The notes under the pieces were generated by a model, which saw only the letters and a list, made by a program, of their open reading frames with translations, did not search any database and was not told the DNA's origin. The translations under genes were made by a program, and so were the position numbers. From Candidatus Methylomirabilia bacterium (GTDB lineage Bacteria; Methylomirabilota; Methylomirabilia; Rokubacteriales; CSP1-6), in contig JBGPXN010000115.1 of the NCBI GenBank assembly GCA_041492755.1, positions 1 to 13,782 on the forward strand: a stretch of DNA of 13,782 bases, written 5' to 3'. Each line of letters begins with the position of its first letter. Positions within the stretch are counted from its first letter, which is position 1. Shown here piece after piece: positions 1 through 7,331 of this stretch.

Positions 1-20
1 CCTGGTTCAACCGTGGACAT
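1..20 (-). CDS. 5' end of a gene running off the left edge (MSTVEP...), product unknown
   Basis: ATG at 20-18 on the minus strand, preceded by GGAGGT (30-25) and by a sigma70-like promoter at 98-126; only 6 codons visible. Confidence 0.5.
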
Positions 21-97
21 CGGGACCTCCTCGGCCGGGCGCACGCAAAAGTTCGCCTCCCCTGCCCAGCGGCGGGGAGGCGCTCGAAAGCGAAATT

Positions 98-126
98 ACA
101 CTAACGCGGCGCAGGGTTAGCGTCAA
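98..126 (-). promoter_or_regulatory. sigma70-type promoter
   Basis: Minus strand TTGACG (126-121), 17-nt spacer, TAGTGT (103-98); points to the RBS/ATG at 30-18. Confidence 0.55.
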
Positions 127-153
127 GGAAGAGCCGCCTCCCCGCGCGCGGAG

Positions 154-162
154 TGGTACGCT
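154..162 (+). promoter_or_regulatory. extended -10 element, probable leaderless transcript
   Basis: TGgTACGCT ending 7 nt before ATG 170, with no Shine-Dalgarno in between. Confidence 0.4.
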
Positions 163-169
163 CGCGCGT

Positions 170-382
170 ATGCTCCGCGATCTCGGCGACGGCCTCGTCC
201 TGCGTGGCGGCCGGCCCGCCGACGTCGAGCCGCTCGCCGCCTTCTACGCCGACTTCCTGCGCTTCCAGGACCAGCCCGAGCCCGAGCCCCGCTTCGTGAT
301 CTGGGCGCGCGATCTGCTGACGCGGCATCCCACGCTGGCGCCCGCCGATGCGCTCGTCGTCGAGGACACGCGGGCGGGCGCC
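170..382 (+). pseudogene. N-terminal fragment of a GNAT-family acetyltransferase
   Basis: MLRDLGDGLVLRGGRPADVEPLAAF...HPTLAPADALVVEDTRAG resembles the start of a GNAT fold. After ~71 codons the resemblance stops, and the ORF (to 499) runs antisense into the dehalogenase 3' end. Confidence 0.6.
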
Positions 383-404
383 ACACCTCGTGCAGTTGCC
401 CTGA

Positions 405-1226
405 CTATGCGCGCACCTTTCGCCGCAAGAAGTCGGCGATGGCGCGGCCGATCTCGGCCGGCGAGTCCTCCTGGACGAAGTGGAGTCCGCGCACCGTGAC
501 CTCATCCTGGTTGGGCCACTGGCGGCAGAACTCGCGCTGCGCCCCGACCAGGATGGAGCCGGGATCGGCGTCGACGAAGAGCTTGGGCACGGGGCTGGCG
601 GCGAGCCACGCCGCGTACGCGTCGACGATCGCCACCACGTCGGCCGGCTCGCCGTCGATCGGGATCTCGCGCGGCCACGTCAGGACGGGCCGCCGCGACT
701 CGCCCGGCTCGTGGAAGGGCCGCCGGTACGCGGCCATCTCCTCGGCGCTCAGCGTGCGGAGGATGCTCGCGGGCAGGATGCGCTCGACGAAGGCGTTCTT
801 CTCGAGCACGATCCCCTCGCCCGCCGGCGACCGCATGCCCTGGAAGATCGCCCGCGCGTTCTCCGGCCACTCCGCCCACGTGAGGGGACGCACGATCGCC
901 TCCATGTAGACGAGCCCGGCCACCCGCTCCGGGTGCCGGCGCGCCCAGTGGAAGCCCAGCGCCGATCCCCAGTCGTGGACCACCAGGGTGACCTCGCGGG
1001 TGAGCCCGACGGCGTCGAACCACGCGTCGAGATACCGCGCGTGGTCCACGAACCGGTACGACCCGGCCGGCGCCTTGCCGCTCTCGCCCATGCCGATGAG
1101 ATCGGGCGCCAGACACCGCGCCCGCGGCGACACGTGCGGGATGACGTTGCGCCAGAGATACGACGACGTCGGGTTCCCGTGTAGGAAGACGACGGGCGGG
1201 CCCGTCCCGACGTCGACGTACGCCAT
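405..1226 (-). CDS. dhaA: haloalkane dehalogenase (alpha/beta hydrolase, DhaA/LinB-type)
   Basis: Motifs FLHGNPTSSYLWRN, APDLIGMG, nucleophile VHDWG, catalytic acid YMEA, catalytic His GLHFVQEDSP; 273 aa; N-terminus appears short. Confidence 0.92.
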   Translation of the reverse strand: MAYVDVGTGPPVVFLHGNPTSSYLWRNVIPHVSPRARCLAPDLIGMGESGKAPAGSYRFVDHARYLDAWFDAVGLTREVTLVVHDWGSALGFHWARRHPERVAGLVYMEAIVRPLTWAEWPENARAIFQGMRSPAGEGIVLEKNAFVERILPASILRTLSAEEMAAYRRPFHEPGESRRPVLTWPREIPIDGEPADVVAIVDAYAAWLAASPVPKLFVDADPGSILVGAQREFCRQWPNQDEVTVRGLHFVQEDSPAEIGRAIADFLRRKVRA

Positions 1227-1266
1227 CTCGGAGTCCAGCGTCGTCGCGCGCTCTATCGTCGTTTGC

Positions 1267-2637
1267 TCAGGCGCCCCAGGGCTTGATGGCAGCCTTCAAA
1301 GCCTTGTACCCCTCGATGAAGCCGGGACGGGAGTTTCCGTAGACCTTGTCGAACGAGGCGAGCGCGGCATCCAGCCAGGCGCGCAGTTTCGTGTTCCGAG
1401 GGTTCGCGTCCAGATAGGCCTCGCGGATCAGGACGAAGTGGATGCGCGGGTCGTATGGCTTCTTGGTGCCACCCATGGACTCGTCGCCATCGAGAAGGCG
1501 CAGCAGCATGGCGTCGGCGGACCCAAGGGTTTGCTCGTGGATGGGCGGACCGGACACGCGGTGCATGACGGAGGTCATGTCTCGCCCGTTGCCCGTGGTG
1601 TATCCCATCTCGCCCCAGAGAGTGCTCATCTTGCCCTTGGCGCCGATGTGGTCGATGACCCGCTGTCCGAAGGCCCGGAGCGGGTCCGAAACGTCGGCGA
1701 GCAGATCGGTGAGGCGATCGCCGTCGAGATCGGTCGCCAGCACGATGCAATCACGCTTCTCGATCAGATCCCAAAGAAGCAGGCCGAAGTTCGTGTCGGA
1801 GATGTGCTGCTCGATCTGTCCGCCCCAGTTCTCCATGCCGGCCTTGAAGTCCTTCGGCAAGAGCGCGACGATCCGGTCGACGGCCTCCCTGTGCTCGACG
1901 TAGCCGTCCACCGCGTACTTGCGGCCGACCTTGAACTTCGTGCCCTGGAGCAGCCAGGAGTGGAGTCCCGCGTTGACGCCGTCCTCCATGGCCTGGGTGG
2001 GCTTCATGGCCACGCGTCCGAGCTTGCGCGTCTCGTGCACCATCTTGAGAAAGAGACGGTTCGCGTAGGCCATCTGGACGCCAGGCGTGTTCATCTCCGA
2101 GTGGACGTTGCCGGTCTTGGCGTCGACCTTGAAGTTTGCCCGGTCCTGAGAGTAGGGGAGACCCGGCATGCAACGGACGACCGTGATCGGCCCGTAGGGC
2201 CGGACGTTGCAGTACACGCCGGCCTGCGTGCGCAGCGGGGCATTGGCCGACTTCCCCATCACGACGACCCTGCCGCCCTTGCCATCGTTCACGTAGGCGT
2301 CGCCGGCCGTCGACCACTTGATGGAGGTGCACGGCATGTTCCCGAACCAGGCGAGCGACGCCAGCTTCGTGTCATGCCGGTATTGCGCCCACATCGGCAC
2401 GGCGTAGAAGGGAAGTCCGAGAACGTCGATCGCGGCGATCGTCCCGAGCAGGGCAAACGCGTCCGTGAGCGAGTGGGCCACGGCGTTCACGGTGCCGTCG
2501 TGGCTTCCGCCCTTCCACACCACGGCGTCCGGGTAGCCCGTCGGCTTCACATCCGAGTCCTGGAACAGCCTGGACAACAGCCCGAACAGGTCGCCGCCCT
2601 TCTGCTCGGTTCGCGCGATGGCCATCAGATCGATCAT
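1267..2637 (-). CDS. hypothetical protein, 456 aa, no family recognised
   Basis: Long ORF with natural amino-acid composition and GC-biased third positions from MIDLMAIART; GAGAGG RBS just upstream of ATG 2637. The ORF-track extension to 2964 looks non-coding. Confidence 0.8.
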   Translation of the reverse strand: MIDLMAIARTEQKGGDLFGLLSRLFQDSDVKPTGYPDAVVWKGGSHDGTVNAVAHSLTDAFALLGTIAAIDVLGLPFYAVPMWAQYRHDTKLASLAWFGNMPCTSIKWSTAGDAYVNDGKGGRVVVMGKSANAPLRTQAGVYCNVRPYGPITVVRCMPGLPYSQDRANFKVDAKTGNVHSEMNTPGVQMAYANRLFLKMVHETRKLGRVAMKPTQAMEDGVNAGLHSWLLQGTKFKVGRKYAVDGYVEHREAVDRIVALLPKDFKAGMENWGGQIEQHISDTNFGLLLWDLIEKRDCIVLATDLDGDRLTDLLADVSDPLRAFGQRVIDHIGAKGKMSTLWGEMGYTTGNGRDMTSVMHRVSGPPIHEQTLGSADAMLLRLLDGDESMGGTKKPYDPRIHFVLIREAYLDANPRNTKLRAWLDAALASFDKVYGNSRPGFIEGYKALKAAIKPWGA

Positions 2638-2792
2638 TCTCGCAACCTCTCTTCGCTTGGATCTTCTGGGAGGACGCGGGCGCGGGATGCGGTCGCCGTG
2701 GAACTTCGGTCCAACGATGCTGCGCTCCAGCCCATCCGTAAAGTCCTGTGATCGTAGCATTTTCTTGGGACGCGCATTTGGAGTATCGAAGA

Positions 2793-2879
2793 CTAGTACC
2801 GGCGCCGGGCCCACCTGCCGGCCTTCGTGTCCCGCCAGCCCTCGGCGGTCGTCCACTCGCGTCTGAGAACCCGGCTCAT
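2793..2879 (-). pseudogene. 28-codon ORF MSRVLRREWTTAEGWRDTKAGRWARRRY, probable N-terminal gene stump
   Basis: ATG 2879 to TAG 2793 with host-like codons, divergent from the stump at 2963; too short for the ORF track. Confidence 0.35.
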
Positions 2880-2962
2880 GTGTCTGGTGTCGGGAATCGA
2901 GGGGTCGAAGAATCCGCGCTAAGCTACCGTATCCGTCGCATGAAGGGAATCGTCTCCATCCC

Positions 2963-3043
2963 ATGAACGGAATCGTCGCCTACGGCGCCCACGTCCCCTT
3001 CGCCCGGCTCGACCGGAAGCTGATCGGCCAGGCGCTCGGCGCC
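2963..3043 (+). pseudogene. N-terminal fragment of an HMG-CoA synthase-like / thiolase-fold (often DUF35-fused) protein
   Basis: MNGIVAYGAHVPFARLDRKLIGQALG fits the GI.xYGxYxPxxRL start of this family; the resemblance ends after ~27 codons, just before the palindromic element. Confidence 0.65.
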
Positions 3044-3079
3044 ATCCACGCCGCGCTCGCGCTCCCCGTACCCTTCGTG

Positions 3080-3199
3080 AGGCCGCTCCAAACGGCCCAT
3101 CTGCGGCGTTGGCTCCTCGCTCCTCGCTGCGGCGTACTCGGAGTACGCCTCACTCGTCGGCTCGTCGCCGCCTTGCATCTGGGCCGTTTTGAGCGGCCT
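3080..3199. mobile_element. ~120-bp palindromic MITE/REP-like element
   Basis: Terminal inverted repeats AGGCCGCTCCAAACGGCCCATCTGC (3080-3104) and GCATCTGGGCCGTTTTGAGCGGCCT (3175-3199), 22/25 complementary; central hairpin GGCGTACT-cgg-AGTACGCC (3131-3149); no transposase. Confidence 0.7.
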
Positions 3200-3225
3200 G
3201 CTGGGCGCGGGGTGGGAACATCGGC

Positions 3226-4317
3226 GTGAAGCACTTTGACGTGGCGGTTGTCGGGGCCGGGATTCTCGGCGCGTGTGCTGCGTGGTATCTGACGCGCGCG
3301 GGGCGTTCCGTGGTTGTCCTCGATGCTGCCGAGCCCGGGTCCGGGACGAGTGCGAATTCGTTTGCGTGGATCAATGCGGTGCGGAAGGAGCCGGATGCGT
3401 ATCACCGGCTCAATGCCGACGGCGTGGCGGCGTATGCGGCGTTGGCAACTGAGCTGCGCATCGACTTTGGCTATCGCACCGGTGGGTCGCTCGAGTGGAC
3501 GGAAGACGCCGCCAGCGACGAGGAGCTGCGGGGGCGGGTGGCGCGGCTGGCCCATCGCGGGTACCCGGCGGAGCTGGTGACGCGCGAGGCGGCGCTGGCG
3601 CTCGAGCCGGGACTGGCGATCGGCGCGAATGCTCGTTCGATCGCGTTCTATGCCGGCGACGCGTGGGTGGACGCGCCGCGGCTGGTGCGGGTGTTGCTCG
3701 GCGACGCTGTGTCGCGCGGCGCCGAGGTACGCGGCGGAACGGCGGTGCGGTCCGTTCGTACGCGTGGGTCGCAGGTCGAAGGCGTGGTGACCGACACGGG
3801 TGAGGTCGTGGCCGACGCCGTCCTGTTCTGTGTCGGGCCCGCGACTGCCGCCGTGCTCGAGCCGCTCGGGATGAAGTTGCCGGTGAATCGCGTGCCCGGG
3901 CTGCTCGCGGTCACGACGGCGCCGGCGACGCCGCTCGGGCGCGTCGTGCATGCGCCGGGCATTCATCTGCGACCGGAGCCGGGTGGGGGATTGCGCCTCG
4001 GCGCTGATGACGTCGACAAGCTGATCACCGAGACGGCGGCGCCGCCGGAGCTGGGCGAGACGCTGCTCGAACGGGCGCGTCGCGTGTTCCCGCCGGCACG
4101 TGAAGCACGGCTCGCCGGCACGCGAATCGGCGTGCGGCCCATGCCGGGTGACGGGCACACGATCGCGGGACGGATCCCGAGCCTGGCCAACGGCTTCGTG
4201 GTCGTCACGCACAGCGCGGTGACGATGGGGCCGCTGCTTGGCCGGCTCATCGCCGCGGAGATCGTGGGACAGCCGCCCAGTCCTCAGCTCGCTCCGTTCC
4301 GTCCCGACCGCTTCTGA
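3226..4317 (+). CDS. FAD-dependent oxidoreductase, DAO / glycine oxidase family
   Basis: Rossmann motif DVAVVGAGILG, GSGTSANSFAWIN, C-terminal GVRPMPGDG and HSAVTMGPLLG; GTG start; 363 aa. Confidence 0.9.
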   Translation: MKHFDVAVVGAGILGACAAWYLTRAGRSVVVLDAAEPGSGTSANSFAWINAVRKEPDAYHRLNADGVAAYAALATELRIDFGYRTGGSLEWTEDAASDEELRGRVARLAHRGYPAELVTREAALALEPGLAIGANARSIAFYAGDAWVDAPRLVRVLLGDAVSRGAEVRGGTAVRSVRTRGSQVEGVVTDTGEVVADAVLFCVGPATAAVLEPLGMKLPVNRVPGLLAVTTAPATPLGRVVHAPGIHLRPEPGGGLRLGADDVDKLITETAAPPELGETLLERARRVFPPAREARLAGTRIGVRPMPGDGHTIAGRIPSLANGFVVVTHSAVTMGPLLGRLIAAEIVGQPPSPQLAPFRPDRF

Positions 4318-4431
4318 TCCGCGGGGGCGCGCGCGCCCCGGTTCTGATCTCCGGAGCGTCGGGCCCCACCCCTTCCGATCGTCGGGTACTGCCCCTCACG
4401 GGTTCCGATCGTCCGAGCGTAGTCCCGCGCT
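4311..4431. repeat. degenerate tandem repeat, 4 x ~30 bp (2 x 61 bp), core TTCYGATC
   Basis: TTCTGATC at 4312 and 4342, TTCCGATC at 4373 and 4403 (spacing 30/31/30). Confidence 0.55.
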
Positions 4432-4482
4432 CGACGCGCGGTTCCACCCATATCGGCCAGTGGTCCGTATACCCGGTCGACA

Positions 4483-5454
4483 ATGAGAAGGATCAGCGAG
4501 CGCGCATGGCCGCGCGATCGCGAGACGGCCGGCTTTCTGGCCTCGCTCGCCTTCGTCTGTCTCGCCTCGGTGCGGGACGTGTACCTCGCGGGACTGTTCC
4601 AGCAGAGCAGCCCGCTGAGCGTGGCGCTCGTGGCGTTCGTGCTGTGCGCGGCCGTCTTCCTGCCGATCGCCGCCACCCGCAGCCCTCGCAGCCTGCGCTT
4701 GCTGCGCGAGCGTCCGCGCGAGCTGTTCTGGATCAACGCGACGTCGGGGCTCGCGTGGATCTCGTTCTTCTACGCGCTCCGGACCGCCGAGCCGCTGCTC
4801 GTGCAAGTCCTCTTCGCGGGCGTCGGACCGTTGTCGATTCTCGTCATCGACCGCTGGCTCCCCGGACTGACCCCGCCGGCGCGGATCGAGCGCCTCGAGC
4901 GGTGCATCCATGTCGGGTTGCTCGCCACCCTGGCGCTTGCCGCCGCCGTCGCACTGGGCGGCCTGTCCGGGGCCGGTCCACAGCCCCTGGGCACCAGGGC
5001 GCTGGGCGTCGCCCTGGCGACGGGCGCGGGGTTCTCGATCAGCGTGAACACCGTGCTCTGCCGCAAGCTCAACGACGTCGGGGTCGATCCCGTCGCCCTG
5101 GTTGCCGTGCGCTTCCTGGGGGCAATCGCCCTCGTGACGGCGCTGGCGCTGTTCTCCAGACACGACTTTGCGGGCCTCTTTTCGTGGAGGACGAGCGCCG
5201 TCGTGGTCGGCGTGTCGTCGCTGCTCGTCGTCTTTCCCATCTACGTCAACCAGGTCGGCATCTCGCTGGCGTCGCCGCTGACGGTTCGGGTGGTCATGGC
5301 CCTCACGCCCGTCCTGCTCTTCGGGCTCCAGCTCGTGGAGGGCCGGCTCTCGCCGTCGCCGTATTCACTCGCCAGCGCGCTGCTGTACGGCGTGGCGGCG
5401 ATCGCGGCGGCAGTCACCCGACGCCGTGCCACTCGGGCCGCCATGGGTGTCTGA
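4483..5454 (+). CDS. DMT/EamA-like integral membrane protein
   Basis: 323 aa with about ten hydrophobic segments in two similar halves. Confidence 0.7.
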   Translation: MRRISERAWPRDRETAGFLASLAFVCLASVRDVYLAGLFQQSSPLSVALVAFVLCAAVFLPIAATRSPRSLRLLRERPRELFWINATSGLAWISFFYALRTAEPLLVQVLFAGVGPLSILVIDRWLPGLTPPARIERLERCIHVGLLATLALAAAVALGGLSGAGPQPLGTRALGVALATGAGFSISVNTVLCRKLNDVGVDPVALVAVRFLGAIALVTALALFSRHDFAGLFSWRTSAVVVGVSSLLVVFPIYVNQVGISLASPLTVRVVMALTPVLLFGLQLVEGRLSPSPYSLASALLYGVAAIAAAVTRRRATRAAMGV

Positions 5455-5573
5455 GGGAGCCCTCGATCCGCCATCGCGGCTTGCACCTGTCCCGTGCGCC
5501 ACCGCAAGGTGGTCTTGCGGGGACCAACTCCGCGGGAATGCTCGCAGCGGTTTGGCTGCCCTGTGGACCGGGC

Positions 5574-5885
5574 GCGGCGGATGCTCTCGCCTGCCTGCGC
5601 GCCTATCCATTCCCGGGCAACGTGCGCGAGCTGGAGAACGAGATCGAGCGCGCGGTCACGCTGTGCGACGACGGCCAGCTCCTCGGGCTCGAGCATCTCT
5701 CGCCGCGCGTGCGCGAGGGTGGCGTCGTCTCACGGGCGCCCCAGACGCTGAACGCAGCGGTGGAAGAGCTCAAGCGGCGGATGATCGAGGACGCGATGCG
5801 CGAGTGCGGGTCGAAGACGCGCGCGGCCGAGCGGCTCGGGTTGACGCGGCAGAGCCTGCAGCAAATGCTGAGGCGGCGGCAATAG
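5574..5885 (+). pseudogene. C-terminal fragment of a sigma54-dependent (NtrC-family) activator: AAA+ lid plus Fis-type HTH
   Basis: AYPFPGNVRELENEIERAV and TRAAERLGLTRQSL; no Walker A or GAFTGA region upstream; in-frame ATG at 5538 lacks a clear RBS. Confidence 0.85.
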
Positions 5886-5924
5886 CTTGGTAGGCCATGC
5901 GGCAGATCACCACGTCGCCACGCT

Positions 5925-6140
5925 TCACCCGACGACGACCTTCTCCCGACGTGCCGTCGCCGGTATGCCTCGCCGGCCGTCCTTACGCCTGTCTTCGAGA
6001 ATCAGGGCGATCGCGCCGGCGAGGCTCTTCAGAGCGGCCGCCTTTGTCTTGCCCTGACCATTGGCCCCAGGGATCTCCGGGCAGTACGCGATATACCAGC
6101 GTCGGTCCCGTTCCACCACGGCGGTGAACTCGTTCCTCAT
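5925..6140 (-). CDS. hicB: HicB-family antitoxin (short RNase H-like form)
   Basis: FTAVVERD..WYIAYCPEIPGANGQGKTK..A...LAGAIALIL; AGGAG RBS at 6150-6146; 71 aa. Confidence 0.88.
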   Translation of the reverse strand: MRNEFTAVVERDRRWYIAYCPEIPGANGQGKTKAAALKSLAGAIALILEDRRKDGRRGIPATARREKVVVG

Positions 6141-6300
6141 ACTTTCTCCTGCCTTTGCCGCGCGTTAGTTAATCACCGCAAACCCTGCAACCTCGGACGG
6201 CCTGTCGCGGAGGCTGTCTCCCCTTGTAGTCGCCGTGAACCCCTGAAGTCACACTCATTTCGTCCGTCAGACGTGCCAGCGGCCAACGGCGTCAGGCTGA

Positions 6301-7311
6301 TCAACGTGCGGAGGGAGCGAGGGCGCGGACCGCGTCGAGCACGCGCTGGCGCCGGCGCGCGGGTTCGGGCTCCGTCGTGGCGAGCTGCAGAAACGCGGTG
6401 TCGATGCCGGCGTCGAAGTAGCGCTGGATGCCGGCGCGGATGCCGGCGACGCTACCGCGCAGGATCAGCGCGCGCACCACGTCCAGCGGCACCGCCGCGA
6501 CCGCGCCGCGACGGTCGCCGCGCTCCCACGCCTCCCACATCGGGCGCAGCGCCGGTCCGCGGCCGAGCCACTCCTGGAACGCGCGATAGACGGGCACGTT
6601 GAGGTACGCGGTGATGTGGCGGTGGACGGCGAGGTCGGACTCCGGCGACGGCGGGTCGATGTTGATCATGATGCGGATGGAGAACTCCAGCGCGGCCGGA
6701 TCGCGCCCGGCCGCGCGTGCGGCCTCCCGCGCCACCGCGATCGATTTCGGCACGTCCTCCGCCGACAGCCAGTTGACGATGACGCCGTCCGCCACCTCGC
6801 CCGCCACCTTGAGCATGCCGGGACGGAGCGCGGCCACGTGGATCGGCACCGGCGCGCTCGGCGGGCGTGAGAGGCGGAAGCCGTCGACGGAGAACGTCTC
6901 GCCGTGGAACACCACGCGCTCACCGGCGAGCGCGCGCCGGAGGAACAGCGCGGTCTCGCGCACCCGCGTGGCCGGACGCTCGAACGCGCCGCCATTCCAC
7001 GCCTCGACGATCACCTGCGATCCCGAGCCGATCCCCAGGCAGAAGCGCCCGGGCGCGACGTCGGCCAGCCCGGCGGCGCTCATGGCCAGCGTCGCCGGCC
7101 CGCGCGTGTAGACGTTCGCGATCGCGGTGCCCAACCTCAAGCTCGAGACCGCTCCGATCGTCGCCAGCGGCGAGAAGCAGTCGATGCCGTCGGCTTCGTA
7201 CGACCAGGCGTCGGTGTAGCCGAGCCGCTCGGCCTCGCGCGCCACGTCGGGCAGCTCCGCGAGCGCGACGCCCTCCAGCGGCACGGACAGCGCCAAGCGC
7301 TGCGAGGCCAT
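6301..7311 (-). CDS. LLM-class (luciferase-like) flavin/F420-dependent oxidoreductase
   Basis: True start MASQRLALSVP at 7311; AERLGYTDAWSYE, LRLGTAIANVYTRGP, GRFCLGIGSG, PIHVAALRPGMLKVAGEVADG; 336 aa. Confidence 0.9.
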   Translation of the reverse strand: MASQRLALSVPLEGVALAELPDVAREAERLGYTDAWSYEADGIDCFSPLATIGAVSSLRLGTAIANVYTRGPATLAMSAAGLADVAPGRFCLGIGSGSQVIVEAWNGGAFERPATRVRETALFLRRALAGERVVFHGETFSVDGFRLSRPPSAPVPIHVAALRPGMLKVAGEVADGVIVNWLSAEDVPKSIAVAREAARAAGRDPAALEFSIRIMINIDPPSPESDLAVHRHITAYLNVPVYRAFQEWLGRGPALRPMWEAWERGDRRGAVAAVPLDVVRALILRGSVAGIRAGIQRYFDAGIDTAFLQLATTEPEPARRRQRVLDAVRALAPSAR

Positions 7312-7331
7312 GCCCACGGCTCCGGTCAGCG

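Noticed and set aside
99..123. CTAAC...GTTAG inverted repeat resembling integron attC ends
   Set aside because: Only 10 nt between the arms, far too short; it coincides with the promoter spacer; no integrase or other attC sites seen
988..2751. 587-aa plus-strand ORF
   Set aside because: Antisense shadow of the minus-strand ORFan and the dehalogenase start; no family features
2638..2964. N-terminal extension of the 565-aa ORF
   Set aside because: Low-quality sequence with a good RBS at ATG 2637; the region holds other elements
4311..4431. CRISPR array interpretation of the phased repeats
   Set aside because: Conserved core is only 8 nt, the intervening sequences resemble each other, and there are no cas genes
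4506..5573. N-terminal ~355 aa of the 459-aa ORF 4506..5885
   Set aside because: Arg/Pro-rich alternative frame over the membrane-protein gene; only the C-terminal ~100 aa resemble a real protein
6260..6280. TGGCACG on the minus strand as a sigma54 -24 box upstream of hicB
   Set aside because: No TTGC/GC -12 element at the required spacing
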